The notes under the pieces: model-generated
The model's database searches: none
What the model was told of the DNA's origin: nothing
What the model saw: the letters and a program-made list of their open reading frames with translations, nothing else
DNA from: Octopus sinensis
Taxonomy: Eukaryota
DNA: 64,000 nucleotides
Direction of reading: 5' to 3'
Assembly: GCF_006345805.1 (NCBI RefSeq)
Contig: NC_043002.1
Coordinates: forward strand, 50,220,001-50,284,000
Part shown: in pieces, positions 12,175-23,953 of the stretch
Layout of the letters: each line of letters begins with the position of its first letter
Position numbering within the stretch: position 1 is the stretch's first letter
Program-made: the position numbers and the translations under genes

Positions 12175-12490
12175 ATTTGGCCATTGGGCAAGTGTATTCT
12201 ACTATAACCTTGGGCTGGGCAAAGCCGTATGAGTGGATTTGGTTGACGGAAACTGAAAGAAGCCTGTTGTATATACATATATTTGTTTGAGTTTGTATGT
12301 GTGTGTGTGTGCGTGCCTTAATGTCTGTGTTTGTCCCCCTGTAAATCAGTGATTTGGGAAAAGAAAGTGATAGACTAAGTACCAGGTTTAAAAAGAGAAC
12401 AAGTGCTGGTGTCGATTAATTCAACTAAAACTACTGCAAGGCAGTACCCCAGCATGGCCACAGTCTATTGACCAAAACAAGTGAAAGACG
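12175..12490 (+). mobile_element. SINE-A, 5'-truncated
   Basis: Body and 3' end similarity. Confidence 0.8.
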
Positions 12491-12503
12491 TATGTATGTA
12501 TTC

Positions 12504-12540
<37 letters not shown>

Positions 12541-12549
12541 ATATATATA

Positions 12550-12854
12550 GTGGTTAGGATATTCAGCTCACAGTCGTAAGTTCATGAGTTCAATACATGG
12601 TAGCACATTGCATCCTTGAGCAAATACACTTTATTTCACATTACCCTAGTCCATTCAGCTGGCAAAAATGAGTAGTACCTGTATTTCAAAGGGCCAGCCT
12701 TGTCACATTCTGTGTCGCGCTGAATTTCCCTGTGAACTACATTAAGGATACATGTGTCTGTGGGGTGCTCAGCCAGTTGGACATAGTCACAAGCTGACTG
12801 TTCTGTTGGTTGAATCAACTGGAATACTCGTTGTCATAACCGACAGATTGCCAG
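12550..12854 (+). mobile_element. CORE-like SINE (family D)
   Basis: tRNA-like head, then CCTTGAGCAAATACACTTTATTTCAC..CCATTCAGCTGGCAAAAATGAGTAGTACC, resembling the CORE domain. A second copy lies at 51108-51401. Confidence 0.75.
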
Positions 12855-12907
12855 TTATATATATATGTGTGTCTGTGTTTGTCTCCCCCAACATCGCTTG
12901 ACAACCG

Positions 12908-13243
12908 AGGAGAGGAGACCCCCCTTATTCATGAATGACCGTGGAATTGCACCTAGAAAGTTACCCTCCGAGATACAAGTTCTGGCAAGGTTGTTTATGG
13001 AAAGCCAGCAGTCGCCCATGCATACCAGCCTCCCCTCTCCACACCACTGATGTTATCCAAGGGAAAGGCAAAGGCCGATACACCTTGGCACCAGTGATGT
13101 TGCAACTCATTTCTACAGATGAGTGAACTGGAGCAACGTGAAATAAAGTGTCTTGCTCAAGAACACAACACAGCCTGGTCTAGGAATTGAACTCACAACC
13201 TCACGATTGTAAGCCCGACGCTCTAACCACTGAACCATGCACC
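12908..13243 (-). mobile_element. CORE-like SINE (family F) truncating a SINE-A 3' fragment
   Basis: Minus strand reads TGGTTCAGTGGTTAGAGCG..GAGTTCAATTCC..TTCTTGAGCAAGACACTTTATTTCACGTTGCTCCAGTTCACTCA. Confidence 0.75.
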
Positions 13244-13561
13244 GTCACACACACACACACATATTGTGTATGTATGTGTGTAGTGTATTTCAATGGTGGG
13301 CTATTTAAATGTAAACTTTTAAGAAGTAAGAGAAAATTTCTGTAACAAATATAAACAATGCAGCTGAACTAATAATTTTATGCACAATTAGCATGATTCA
13401 AATTCAACTAATTAACCAATAACTGAGTGCTTTATTTCCCAGGCAGCGTTGTGTGTCCTTGTAGTTTGAATTAAATCTTTACCATAATTTCATTATGACA
13501 ATCAATAATATTGTGAAATTTAAGTTGATAAATAACTACTTAATATACAATAGAGCCTATA

Positions 13562-14135
13562 TAAGGGGCTGCTGAAAAGTTCCTGGCTTTGGGAAAAAGA
13601 AAATAGAAGAGGACCACTTAATTATGATTTACTCTTTTTTTTTTAATTGTTTCAGTCATGTGACTAGCCATGCTGGAGCACTGCCTTTAGTCAAGCAAAT
13701 CGACCCGAGGACTTATTCTTTGTAAGCCTAGTACTTATTCTATTGATTGCTTTTGCTGAACCACTAAGTTACGGGGACGTAAACACACCAGCATCGGTTG
13801 TCAAGCAATGTTGGAGGGGACAAACACACACATACAATGAGCTTCATTCAGTTTTCCGTCTACTAAATCCACTCACAAGACTTTGGTCAGCCCGAGGCTA
13901 TAATAGAAGACACTTACCCAAGGTGCCACGCAGTGGGACTGAACCCAGAACCATGCATGTGGTTGGTAAGCAAGCTTCTTACCACACAGCCAATATATTC
14001 CCCTTCTCAGATTCACACATTTATTTCAGTGGTCCTTCAGTTTTTCTAAGCCCTATAAAAGAACTTGGGAGTTTAGGCTTCCAACCAGGCCTTTCATGAT
14101 ATCCTTAGAGCCTGGAACTTTTCAGCACCCCTTCG
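13562..14135. mobile_element. Mariner-derived MITE containing a nested SINE-A
   Basis: TIRs AAGGGGCTGCTGAAAAGTTCCTGGCT / AGCCTGGAACTTTTCAGCACCCCTTCG; TA at the left end. Confidence 0.8.
13628..13991 (-). mobile_element. SINE-A, near full length
   Basis: Reverse complement of 7567-7954. Confidence 0.92.
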
Positions 14136-14294
14136 TTTGTGGTTGTTCAACCTAAATTTCCTCAAATCATACCCCACCAACTTGAAAAAATAACATCTCT
14201 CACCTCATCTGTGATATGAGATTGTATCACTTTGATACAGTTATTATCCTTGATGGCTCTGTATTTTGAGGCAACATAGAAGAATGTATTTTGT

Positions 14295-14570
14295 CTGTTG
14301 AGGGCACTTGATATTATGGTTAAAGTGTTGCATTCACAATCAAGAGATTGTTGTTTCAATTCCTGGACCAGGTGTTGTGTTGTATTCTAAAGCAAGACAC
14401 TTCACCTCATGCTGCTCAGTAATCACTTCAACTCCTGATGTGTGGCACACCGTGCGCCAGTTCAGGCGGCATCGATTTGATGGACGGAGTTAGCTAATGT
14501 ACAGCACATCCATTTGATCACTATAAACAAATCATTTGTGCAGGTCGTTCAACAAGAAATAGCAGAACCA
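14295..14570 (+). mobile_element. Diverged tRNA-headed SINE (family E)
   Basis: TGGTTAAAGTG..TTTCAATTCC..AAAGCAAGACACTT head and core similarity. Confidence 0.5.
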
Positions 14571-15082
14571 TCTTTTTTTCAGACTACAAGAGCCTACCTT
14601 CATCATCATCATCATCATAATGATCATCGTTTTGTTTTGTAGCAAAATGCCAAACTGATTCAAATTCGTGAGCCATGACCATACAGCCCAGTACATTGTC
14701 CTGCTTAGTAATCATACTTCTCTTCATCCCTACCTTTGTGTGTGTGTGTGTGTGTGACATCTTTTTGCGTATGGCATCTTATGCGCACAACAGGAGCTAA
14801 GTTTTAATGGCGAGCAGGCAGCAAATAAAGAGTGATCATAAAATTCCTGTCTCTCTCTGATATTGAACTTTTGAATGTTAGCTCTGTAGCCTGCTTCGGC
14901 TTGCTGATCGGCACTCTATGCCCCCTACACTATCGTTGTTTTGATGCCAGGTGTAAAGAAAAAAAAGAGAGAAAATGTAATTCATCTACACACTCATACA
15001 CACAAACACACACACATCTATATGCGCACACACACACACAAACACACACATGTATATATACACATAAACATATTCATGTAAA

Positions 15083-15140
<58 letters not shown>

Positions 15141-15244
15141 CCACACACACATGTATATATATGTGTGTGTATGTATACACATGTACACACATGCACACAT
15201 TGAACGCAAGGTAGCTTAATGAGAAAAAGACTCGGGGATGCAAT

Positions 15245-15400
15245 AGTTTGATTGGTTATTTCCCGAAGCCAGATGCAAATGTTTGATTGGTCAAGTAAAG
15301 CGCAGCAGATGTGTGTTACACCGGTAAAACCTTCAGAAAATGCCTCCATAAAGTATAATTATGATGACAGGCCTGTTGACATTGACTTGCCTGACGTCCC
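15245..15400. promoter_or_regulatory. Candidate cis-regulatory module
   Basis: ATTGG at 15251 and 15286 flanking ATGCAAAT at 15273; CAGATG 15306, CCATAAA 15346, TGACAG 15365, TGACGTC 15392; non-repetitive context. Confidence 0.4.
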
Positions 15401-16219
15401 TGCCACAACTGCGTTCCTACCCCCCCCCCACCACCCCACTCGTCACCGCTGGTACTGCCACTGCCACCACCACCACCACCACCGCTGACATCTCGAACAG
15501 TTTAGCCCGCTTGCTTCTACCTTATACTTTATAGTGCTGTCGGTCTCAGTGTGTCAGCCACTTAACAGAACTTCTTAATCTTCCTGTGATTTGTGAGATT
15601 CGGTGGAAAGGTTATTCCAGGAATTTTGTCATAAGAGATGGCATAAACTAGCAAAACTACCACTGAGTGATTGGTGCATACTTGTGCTGTGTGTGTGTGT
15701 TTGTGCATGTGTACTTAATGCATTGAGTATGTGTGCTTAATGCATTGTGTGTGCTTGTGTTTGTGCATGTGTGTGTGTTGTGTGTGTGTTTTAGCGTGCA
15801 TATTGAGTGTTTATTACCAAAGTACTGATTGGGTTGAGATAAGCACAATGCTAAACCTGATGCAACTGCTGTTGTTGAACCCCCCCACCTCCCCGTGTCT
15901 CCCAACGTTCTTGCTGCACTCATTCTCCCCTTCATCTTTCCTTAAATAAACTACCTTATCCCAGAGTCGGGATTGTTGGTTGTTTGGTTGGTTGGCTGGC
16001 TGAGTGGTTGGCTGGTTGGTTGGTTATGCCATAAAGGTGTTGAGAATTTCAAAACCATTGTCGTCGTCATCGGCGTTGTCGTAATCATCATTGACAGCAT
16101 CGCCTCTTTTCCCAAGTCAGCATATTGATGGATCGACAGAATTGGTAGAACAGCAAAACAAAATGCTTTGTGGTGTTTCATAACATACTTTCCTTGATGA
16201 CATTCATGGGAGACTTAGA

Positions 16220-16928
16220 CCCTTTCCTTCTTGGCCAAATCTGACCAAAATATTCTACTTGTTTAATATTCCAGCCAGATCTACAACATCATTCTAAAAA
16301 TATATAATTACATCATTGAAACCATGAAGCTATGAGATAATACACGATTAGTTCAAAACAGTATGATCTTCGAACATTGAGCCTCACGGAGGCAGTGACT
16401 AGTGACCGAGACCTTTGACGATATGCTGTGCTTGAGAAGACCCGTCAAGCCTAGTGAAATCATAGTGTGATGTTAGTGTCACATAACTGGCACATAAAAA
16501 GCACATTTTGAGCATTGAACCCTTCACATAGGCAATGTGGCCGATGCCAGTGGCATGTAAAAAGTACCTTTCAAGTGTTGGACCTAACAGATGCCATGAC
16601 AAATAACCAAGACCTTTGGCAGTATGCTATGTTTGAGAAGAAGACCCATAAAGCCAAGTGAAATTCTAGTCATAGCAGATACCAGTGTCACACATTTGGC
16701 ACCTGTGCCGATGGCATGTAAAAGCACCCATTACACTCTCGGAGTGGCTGGTGTTTGGAAGGGCATCCAGCCATAGCAACCATGCCAAATCAGACTGCAG
16801 TCTGGTGTAGCTCTCCAGCTTACCAGCCCTGGTCAAACAGTCCAACCCATGAACAACAGATGTTAAATAATAATGATGATGAATAAATAAACATTACGTT
16901 TGATAGAGTAATCTGAATGCTTAAAGGA
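16220..16928 (+). mobile_element. piggyBac-like MITE interrupted by an RTE 3' end
   Basis: MITE body runs to TTCAAAACAG (about 16361) and resumes TGAATAAATAAACATTAC...GCTTAAAGGA|TTAA. Confidence 0.7.
16363..16882 (+). mobile_element. RTE LINE 3' end (ORF C-terminus and 3' UTR)
   Basis: Translates as YDLRTLSLTEAVTSDRDL*RYAVLEKTRQA*; GGAAGGGCATCCAGCC motif and (GAT)n tail; partial internal duplication at 16410/16612. Confidence 0.8.
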
Positions 16929-17140
16929 TTAAATGGCCAGGAATTTATAGAAAGAGAGGAGCAGTCAGTTAAATGAACCTCCAGCTATTTTATTGACTTT
17001 AGGCAGATGAAAGTCCAAGCCTGAAAGATTTTGTTAATATTTACCATAAAGGTACTGAATGCCCTGAATCACCATTATTTTAGTGGAATTTATGTTGGCA
17101 GAATTTCTGCTGTTAGATGCCCTTTCTGTTGTAAATTGAA

Positions 17141-17202
17141 ACCAGTCTGATAAGTACTAACACATGGAAACTCTTGACTTTTGAGTCACTCTGCTAAATA
17201 TT

Positions 17203-17205
<3 letters not shown>
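17141..17205 (+). ncRNA. Degenerate type I hammerhead-like motif, family 2, copy 2
   Basis: CAGT CTGATAAG ... GAAACTC-TTGACTTTTT-GAGTC ACTCTG CTAAATATTAA. Confidence 0.5.
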
Positions 17206-17274
<69 letters not shown>

Positions 17275-17281
17275 TGTATTA

Positions 17282-17402
17282 TTCTCTGGCTATTTCCTCG
17301 TGTTCCTCTCTGTTGAAGAGCATAAGCTCGAAACATAAAACTTTCTCCCAAGTGTCAAACTAATACACCTGTCTTCGTCTTTTGTTTTTCTGTAAATTTC
17401 AA
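17282..17402 (+). mobile_element. Penelope-like pseudo-LTR fragment with decayed minimal hammerhead (family 1)
   Basis: CTGTTGA A GAGC-ATAA-GCTC GAAAC ATA at 17310-17337; downstream CTAATAC..CCTG.CTTCGTCTTTTG shared with the copy at 22720. Confidence 0.6.
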
Positions 17403-17421
17403 CCACACACACACACACAAC

Positions 17422-17453
<32 letters not shown>

Positions 17454-17836
17454 CATACACACATGCACACATTCTTTTATTCTTTACTTGTTTCAGTCAT
17501 TTGTCTGTGACCATGCTGGAGCACTTGAGTTTTTTTTAGTTGAAGAAATATATATATATATATTCGCGATAAGAAGTGTGGATTCATGTCCCATGCATAT
17601 AGAAAGCCCACTTTTTTTTCTGTCCAGGGCTTATATGTCCCAATATTAGACTATTTTCTTTAGTCAATACACGGTGATCGCTTATAAGTTTTAAGCTTAA
17701 TATTATTCTTTACAGAATTGTCACTTATCATCACTTTTCAAATTATCACAGAAAAAAACATTTATTTGTTTTAAAAAAAACAACACTATGAAATCAGAGT
17801 TCTTAAATCTAATGGGGATATGTGTGTGTGTGTATA

Positions 17837-17869
<33 letters not shown>

Positions 17870-18340
17870 CTCTTGGGAATGACTTATTGTTGAGATTCCT
17901 GTTCATGCTGATGAGAGGGTCATTGCTGAGTTGCATTTTAACTCATAATCAGATCACAGCAGTGAACTCCCGAATAGGCCATATATGTGTTTTCAGTTGA
18001 TTTTGTGGAATTCTCTTACATTCCTTGGACTTCAACCTACCATGGTCTTTATGAAATGAACTATTTTGACATATTTTTGATCGAAGGGAGTAAAAACGTT
18101 TTTAGTTGATTGGTATATTTTTAAAAAGTTTTTTAGTTGCCTGACACATTTTAGTAATTCTTTTTGATTACTTATTTTCTTGATAGGCTGTTCTATATAT
18201 TTTTGTATTTTTATGTCCATACATATATTTTACCTTCTGTGCTTTAAGTATTCCTTTTATATGTTGAAGGCCATGGTAATGTTTATATATGATCAAATGT
18301 ATGAATTGACTTGAATTTGATGTTTGTTCTCTAATCAATG

Positions 18341-18389
<49 letters not shown>

Positions 18390-18404
18390 CATACATATAT
18401 ATCA

Positions 18405-18760
18405 TCATGATCGTTTAACATCCATTTTCCATACTGGCATGGGTTGGACAGTTGACTGGGGCCTGGGAAGCCAGGTGGCCATGCCAGGCCCCAATCTGAT
18501 TTGGCAGTGTTTCTACAGCTGGATGCCCTTCCTAACGCCAACCACTCCGAGAATGTAGTGGTTGCTTATATGTATATATATATATACATACATATACATA
18601 TATATTTACAATGTGTTTCTTTCTGTTTATCAAATCCACTCTTAAGGCTTTGGACAGCTTGGGGCTTTAGCAGAAGACATTTGCCCAAAGTACCATGCAG
18701 TGGGATTGAACCTAAATTGATGTGGTTTAGAAGCAGACATCTTAACCATACATCCACACT
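18405..18760 (-). mobile_element. RTE-type 3' tail (18405-18560) and SINE-A 5' half (18610-18760)
   Basis: CTACAGCTGGATGCCCTTCCTAACGCCAACCACTCC; GACATTTGCCCAAAGTACC. Confidence 0.8.
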
Positions 18761-19419
18761 TGTCAGAAATCATTTATCATAACTTACTGTTATTAGAGAC
18801 TTTGACAATGTGTTACTGAAGATTCTGGCTTTGGATTCACTAGTGCTCCATTCTTTGCTATGTTAGTTATCAAAATGTCACCATTCTTCTCTGGTTTGAC
18901 TTAGGCCTTGTAGATTTAATCCAGAAATGTACCATTGCTTCTGTTACATTACCTATGAAAGTGAAAGTCAACTCTTGCAGGATTTGAAATCAGAACCTTA
19001 GGGCACACAAAGCTAAATATTAGTGCTAAGCACTCAGTGTCCTTACTGTATTATTCCTGCCATTTGGATGCTGTGATAGTGATGAAGATACCAGGATATT
19101 CTGTTGGTCCTTTTTAATAAACTTGTATCAGTTAAACCTCACTGTGAATTTAGGGTCCAGGGTTTAGATGACATGGATTTTGGCAGCGTTGAATTAGGTT
19201 TGATCCAAGTAGTTTCACTGCAATTCCAACTCATTAGGATTTACATACCACCCTTCCAAAATGCCAAAGAAAACCACAAATATGGTCACAAGATTTAAGA
19301 GAAATAGTAGCGAAATCTCCTTCGAATCATACCTTACAATCTTAAAGACAAACACTTTGGATGATGTAGAGCATAGTACACAAGGCCTGCCCTTTAATCA
19401 GAGGTCAATGAATCTTGAT

Positions 19420-20000
19420 CGCACTATTATGTATCTCTCCTTCTTCTCTCCCCCTCTCTGTCTGTCTGTCTGTCTCTCTCTTTTTCTCGCTCCCTCTCTT
19501 CAATTTCTGATTCTGATTTTAATTACAATATCTACCTCTCTTCTCTCAGGCATGCATATTTCTTTTCTCTCTCTACCTTCATTTGCATACTGCCTCCTCT
19601 CTCTCACTTTCTCTCATTCAATTTCTGGCTCTGATCACAATATGCGCCCCCCCCCCCCCCACTTCACTCTTAGGCATTCATTTGCCTTTCTTTTCATTCT
19701 CTCTCTTTCCCCCCCATCTCCCTCAAATATATACATTACTACCAGATTAGCATATTGCTTCCTCTTCTCTCTCTCTCTCTGTCTCTTTCCCCCTCAAGAC
19801 CTTAACCTAACTACTGCTTTTCCTTTTCTTCCAAACTTACCAATTATCATTTTTTTTTCTCTCTCTCTAAGACTTCAACACGCTCTCCTTCTCCCTCTCC
19901 CTCTCTCTTTCTCCCCCTCTCTCTTTCTCTCCCTCCCTCTCCTCTCTCTCTCTCAGACTTCTCTCCATTGTCCCTCTTTCCTATCATTCCATCCTTCTTC
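19420..20000. repeat. Pyrimidine-rich (CT)n cryptic repeat
   Basis: Strong C/T bias on +; explains the 252-aa Leu/Ser/Phe ORF. Confidence 0.85.
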
Positions 20001-20325
20001 AGCTTCTTCTGAGTTGTGAATTGTAAAGATCCAAGCCATCCACTCGTAGCTGATTCTTTCTATAATGTTGGTTGGTGGCAACTGCTTACCATTGTAAACT
20101 TGTCAGGTTACTGCTGCCACTGCCACTGCTGCTTTTGTTGTTGTTTAACTCATCCACCCCAGGGTGTCTTCATGCACTTGCTCCACGCACTTGTACATTA
20201 CCGCATTCTTCTGGTGTAATGCATGCACTCAGGCACATGTACATACACACACACACAAACACAGTTGCACATCTGCACATACACGTGGGCACACAGACAA
20301 AAGCACAAGTTCACATACACAAACA

Positions 20326-20362
<37 letters not shown>

Positions 20363-21407
20363 TCACACACTCAAACATACATTGTGTTCTCACATATACA
20401 CAGACACATGCATATATACAAATATATGCATGCATGTACCTGCACGCATATACATGTGGCTATATTCAGATAAATGCTTGTGAATGTTCACACAAAGGCC
20501 CACAGCCGCACACTCACAAACACGCATGTTAATGTGTAAATGAAAGTGAAAATAGTAGTCAGTGTTGTGTGTGTGTGTGTGCTTGTGTGTGTGGGGGGGG
20601 GTTGGTTGTGGAACAAGGGAGTTGGCGTTTGGCAAGAATTTGTTGGCTGTATTCCCTGTTCCTTTCACTTTGAAACATTTGAAAAGTCTGAAGTCTGCAG
20701 GAAATGCTGTTCCACAGGGCCTACCTGTCCACAGTATGTGTGTGTGTGTGTGTATATACACATATATATATATATATATATGCATATATATATATACAAG
20801 TAGCAAAGTTACAGAGAGAGAGAGAGAGAGAGTCACTCACAAAGAGAGGGGTAAAAACAGTGGGTTAAGAGAGGACCATATTGGATAAGACAATATGAAG
20901 GAAAAGGATATTTCTAAATAAGCGGGGTTTTCTTTGCTACTATGATTGATTGTTGTCATACCATTATGTGGCTGGCCCTAAGTACTTAGCATTGAAAAGC
21001 TCAATGGCTTCTTGCCTCTCCATCGAGAGTGGATTGTGTAAGGGCACCGGGTATATGCTAATGCCTGCACATGTGAAGGAAAAATTGCATAAGTCCATGC
21101 AGTAGTAGAGGTGATGTTAAAATCACCTGTTTAAAACCAGTTGTGTGCACACTTTGACAGCAGCAGCGGCAGCAACTGCTGTAGCTTTTCTGTGACACTC
21201 ACACATGTTGAAGATTTGAAGAATTCATCAAACAAACTGTTAGGATGCATTGATTTATTTCTAGTAAACAAACATGTGCTGACTTAATGAAAATTGTTGG
21301 AAGGGGAGAAATGAAAAAGGAAAAGACAGAAGGAGTTGTGTCCTCAATAGTTCCTGGATGTTATCATGTTTAGTGTGTGTGTGTGCGTGTTCATGCGTGG
21401 GTGTATA

Positions 21408-21438
<31 letters not shown>

Positions 21439-22108
21439 ATAAGAAATTTATGAGCTCAAGCCTAAATGACAGAAAGGTGAATTAGTCCTTCCATGGGAAC
21501 CAACCTGTGTGTCTGTCACATGATGAGTAATTGCATTACCAATTTGAAATGTGTGTATACATACGTATGCACATGCACACACATGTTTTATTAAATTTCA
21601 TTTATTGACATTTCTGTCGGCACCTTGGGTGTCTTTTACTGTTGCCCTCAGCTGCTCAATAGTTAGTGAGTGAATTTGGCAGACAAAACCTGTATTAAAC
21701 CTGTCTTATGTGCGTGCATACATGTGCACGTGTGTGTGTGTGTGTGTGTGCATTGTTGCAAATGTACATGAAAGTTGATATTTTGCTTGACTCCAAGTGC
21801 TGACGTCGATGTTCTTTATCAACATTATGACTGGTTGTTCTGTGTTTTTTAAGACTTAGGAAAAAAAAAAATCCTTGCCCGCAAAGTAGGTGAGGATTGG
21901 CAACAGGAGGAGCATCTAGCTTTAAAATCCTGTTTCAAAATCAAATCTCATCCCAGCCATGCTAGCATGGAAAGAGATATTAAATGAATAACGAATGATG
22001 ATGATGATATCTGTGCACATAGCTGTTTCAGCACATGCTTCCACATCAGGAATCTTGCAAAACAAATACTTAAATGTATGTGTATATGTATGTGTGTGTG
22101 TGTGTATA

Positions 22109-22338
22109 TTTTTTTACTACCCACAAGGGGCTAAATGCAGAGGAGACCAACAAGGACAGACAAAGGGATTAGGTCGATTACATCGACCCCCAGTGCATAA
22201 CTGGTACTTAATTTATCGACCCCGAAAGGATGAAAGGCAAAATCGACCTCAGCAGAATTTTAACTCAGAACATAACGGCAGAAAAAATACGGCTACGCAT
22301 TTCACCTGGCGTGCTAACGTTTCTGCCAGCTCACCACC

Positions 22339-22340
<2 letters not shown>
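22109..22340 (-). mobile_element. SINE-B, full length with long 3' tail
   Basis: Nearly the same as 51853-52084 and 52757-52983. Confidence 0.92.
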
Positions 22341-22372
<32 letters not shown>

Positions 22373-22374
22373 CT

Positions 22375-22489
22375 TCCCCTCTCCCCTCATCTCCTCTCTC
22401 TACACTACACCATACGACTTTACACATCACCCCTCCTCCTCCCCTCTCCCCCTCATCTCCTCTCTCTACCATACGACTTTACACATCAC
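22375..22489. repeat. Local tandem duplication (about 66 bp)
   Basis: CCCCTCTCCCCTCATCTCCTCTCTCTAC..CATACGACTTTACACATCAC occurs twice. Confidence 0.85.
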
Positions 22490-22569
22490 ATCATATATAC
22501 ATACACACGTCCAGACTTCTCATACGCACTAATATCTCTCATACACACACACACACTCTTATGTTGGGG

Positions 22570-22852
22570 CGAGGTCATTTAACCCTATTATCTCCCCTAA
22601 TTTCGCTCTTGCGTCTCACGTTGATCTTTGACTTCTGGCCAAAATCAGATCGCCATGTGATTCGCTAGCCTCTGCACGCATTTTTTTTCTCTCCTTCTTC
22701 TGTGTTTCTTTTCTGTGTATCTTTCTGTTGAAGAGCGTAGGCTCGAAACGTAAAAGACTTGTTTTATTATATTCCTGAGTGCCATACTAATACAATTGTT
22801 TGTTTGTATTTCACCTGCCTTCGTCTTTTGTCTATTTTCATAAAGCTTCCCG
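22570..22852 (+). mobile_element. Penelope-like pseudo-LTR fragment
   Basis: Shares more than 100 bp with 17282-17402 and 63890-64000, carries a minimal hammerhead, and ends in (TA)n. The Penelope label is inferred from the ribozyme type. Confidence 0.6.
22720..22757 (+). ncRNA. Minimal type I hammerhead ribozyme motif (family 1, best copy)
   Basis: Stem I TCTTT/AAAGA; core CTGTTGA+A; stem II GAGC-GTAG-GCTC; GAAA; palindromic ACGT helix III; predicted GUA cleavage after 22752. Confidence 0.65.
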
Positions 22853-22871
22853 TTATATATATATATATATA

Positions 22872-23270
22872 GGCATAGGAGTGGCTGTGTAGTAAGTAGC
22901 TTGCTTACCAATCACAATGTTCTGGGTTCAGTCCCACTGTGTGGCACCCTGGACAAGTGTCTTCTACTATAGCCTTGGGCTGGCCAAAGCCTTGTAAGCG
23001 GATTTGGAAGATGGAAACTGAAAGAAGCCCGTTATATATATATGTATGTATATGTTTGTGTGTTTGTCTTTGTCCCCCCCCCCCACCACCCATCACTTGA
23101 CAACTGATGTTGGTGTGTTTATGTCCCCGTAATCTAGCGGTTCAGCAAAAGAAACCAATAGAACAAGTACTAGTCTTACGAAGAATAAGTCCTGGGGGCG
23201 ATTTGTTCAACTAAAGGCTGTGCTCCAGCATGGCTGCAGTCAAATGACTGAAACAAATAAAAGAAGAAAA
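22872..23270 (+). mobile_element. SINE-A, full length
   Basis: GGCATAGGAGTGGCTGTG...GACTGAAACAAATAAAAG. Confidence 0.92.
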
Positions 23271-23953
23271 GAATATATAACTGAATTTTGTTTTGAGCTT
23301 TGGTCTTCTTGGATGTAATCCATGAACTGTTCATCGTCATCCTCATCATCATTTGACATCCATCTTCCGTGCTGCCATGGGTTGGAAAGTACAACAGAGT
23401 TTGAGGAGGCCCAGAAAACAAAGCACTTCAGTTATTGGCCAATTAATTGAATTTTAGTCACAGTAATTATTCTATTATTATTTTTTTTATTTTTTTTTTT
23501 TGTATTTCATCAAAAGTTTACTTACATTTCAATAACTCGCTATAAAAGTGTAATACTGCGTTGTATTCTATTCTCTCAGTTTTGGCATAGTTTCTATGAC
23601 TGGATTCACTTCCTATACATTTGTTACTCTCCTAGTACTCTATATACTCTCTGTATATATGCATGGGTGTTTGAGTGTATATATTGTTAATTGGACTCTG
23701 TGTGGTGGAATGTACAAGCAAGTACCATAAGATAATGGTAAAGCTACTGGCAAAAAGGTTCTTACCATTACTTTCTGTGATATAGGTTTGATCCCTGGTT
23801 CAGCCATTTTGTTGTTTTTTTTCTCTCTCTCCCATATATGTTACTTGTAATTTTCTGCTATTCATCAGTATTCTGGAGCATGTTGTCTGGTTCTTGACAC
23901 ACTTTATAAGGAAGGAAACCTCCAGCAGGGATCCCACAGTTTATTAGAATTAA

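Noticed and set aside
17908-17976. CTGATGA followed by a long hairpin
   Set aside because: It ends in CGAAT rather than GAAA, and no helix I/III or cleavage triplet can be built.
19261-20019. 252-aa ORF resembling a membrane protein
   Set aside because: Most of it lies in a (CT)-rich tract that lacks stops by composition; the unique N-terminal 55 aa match nothing I recognise.
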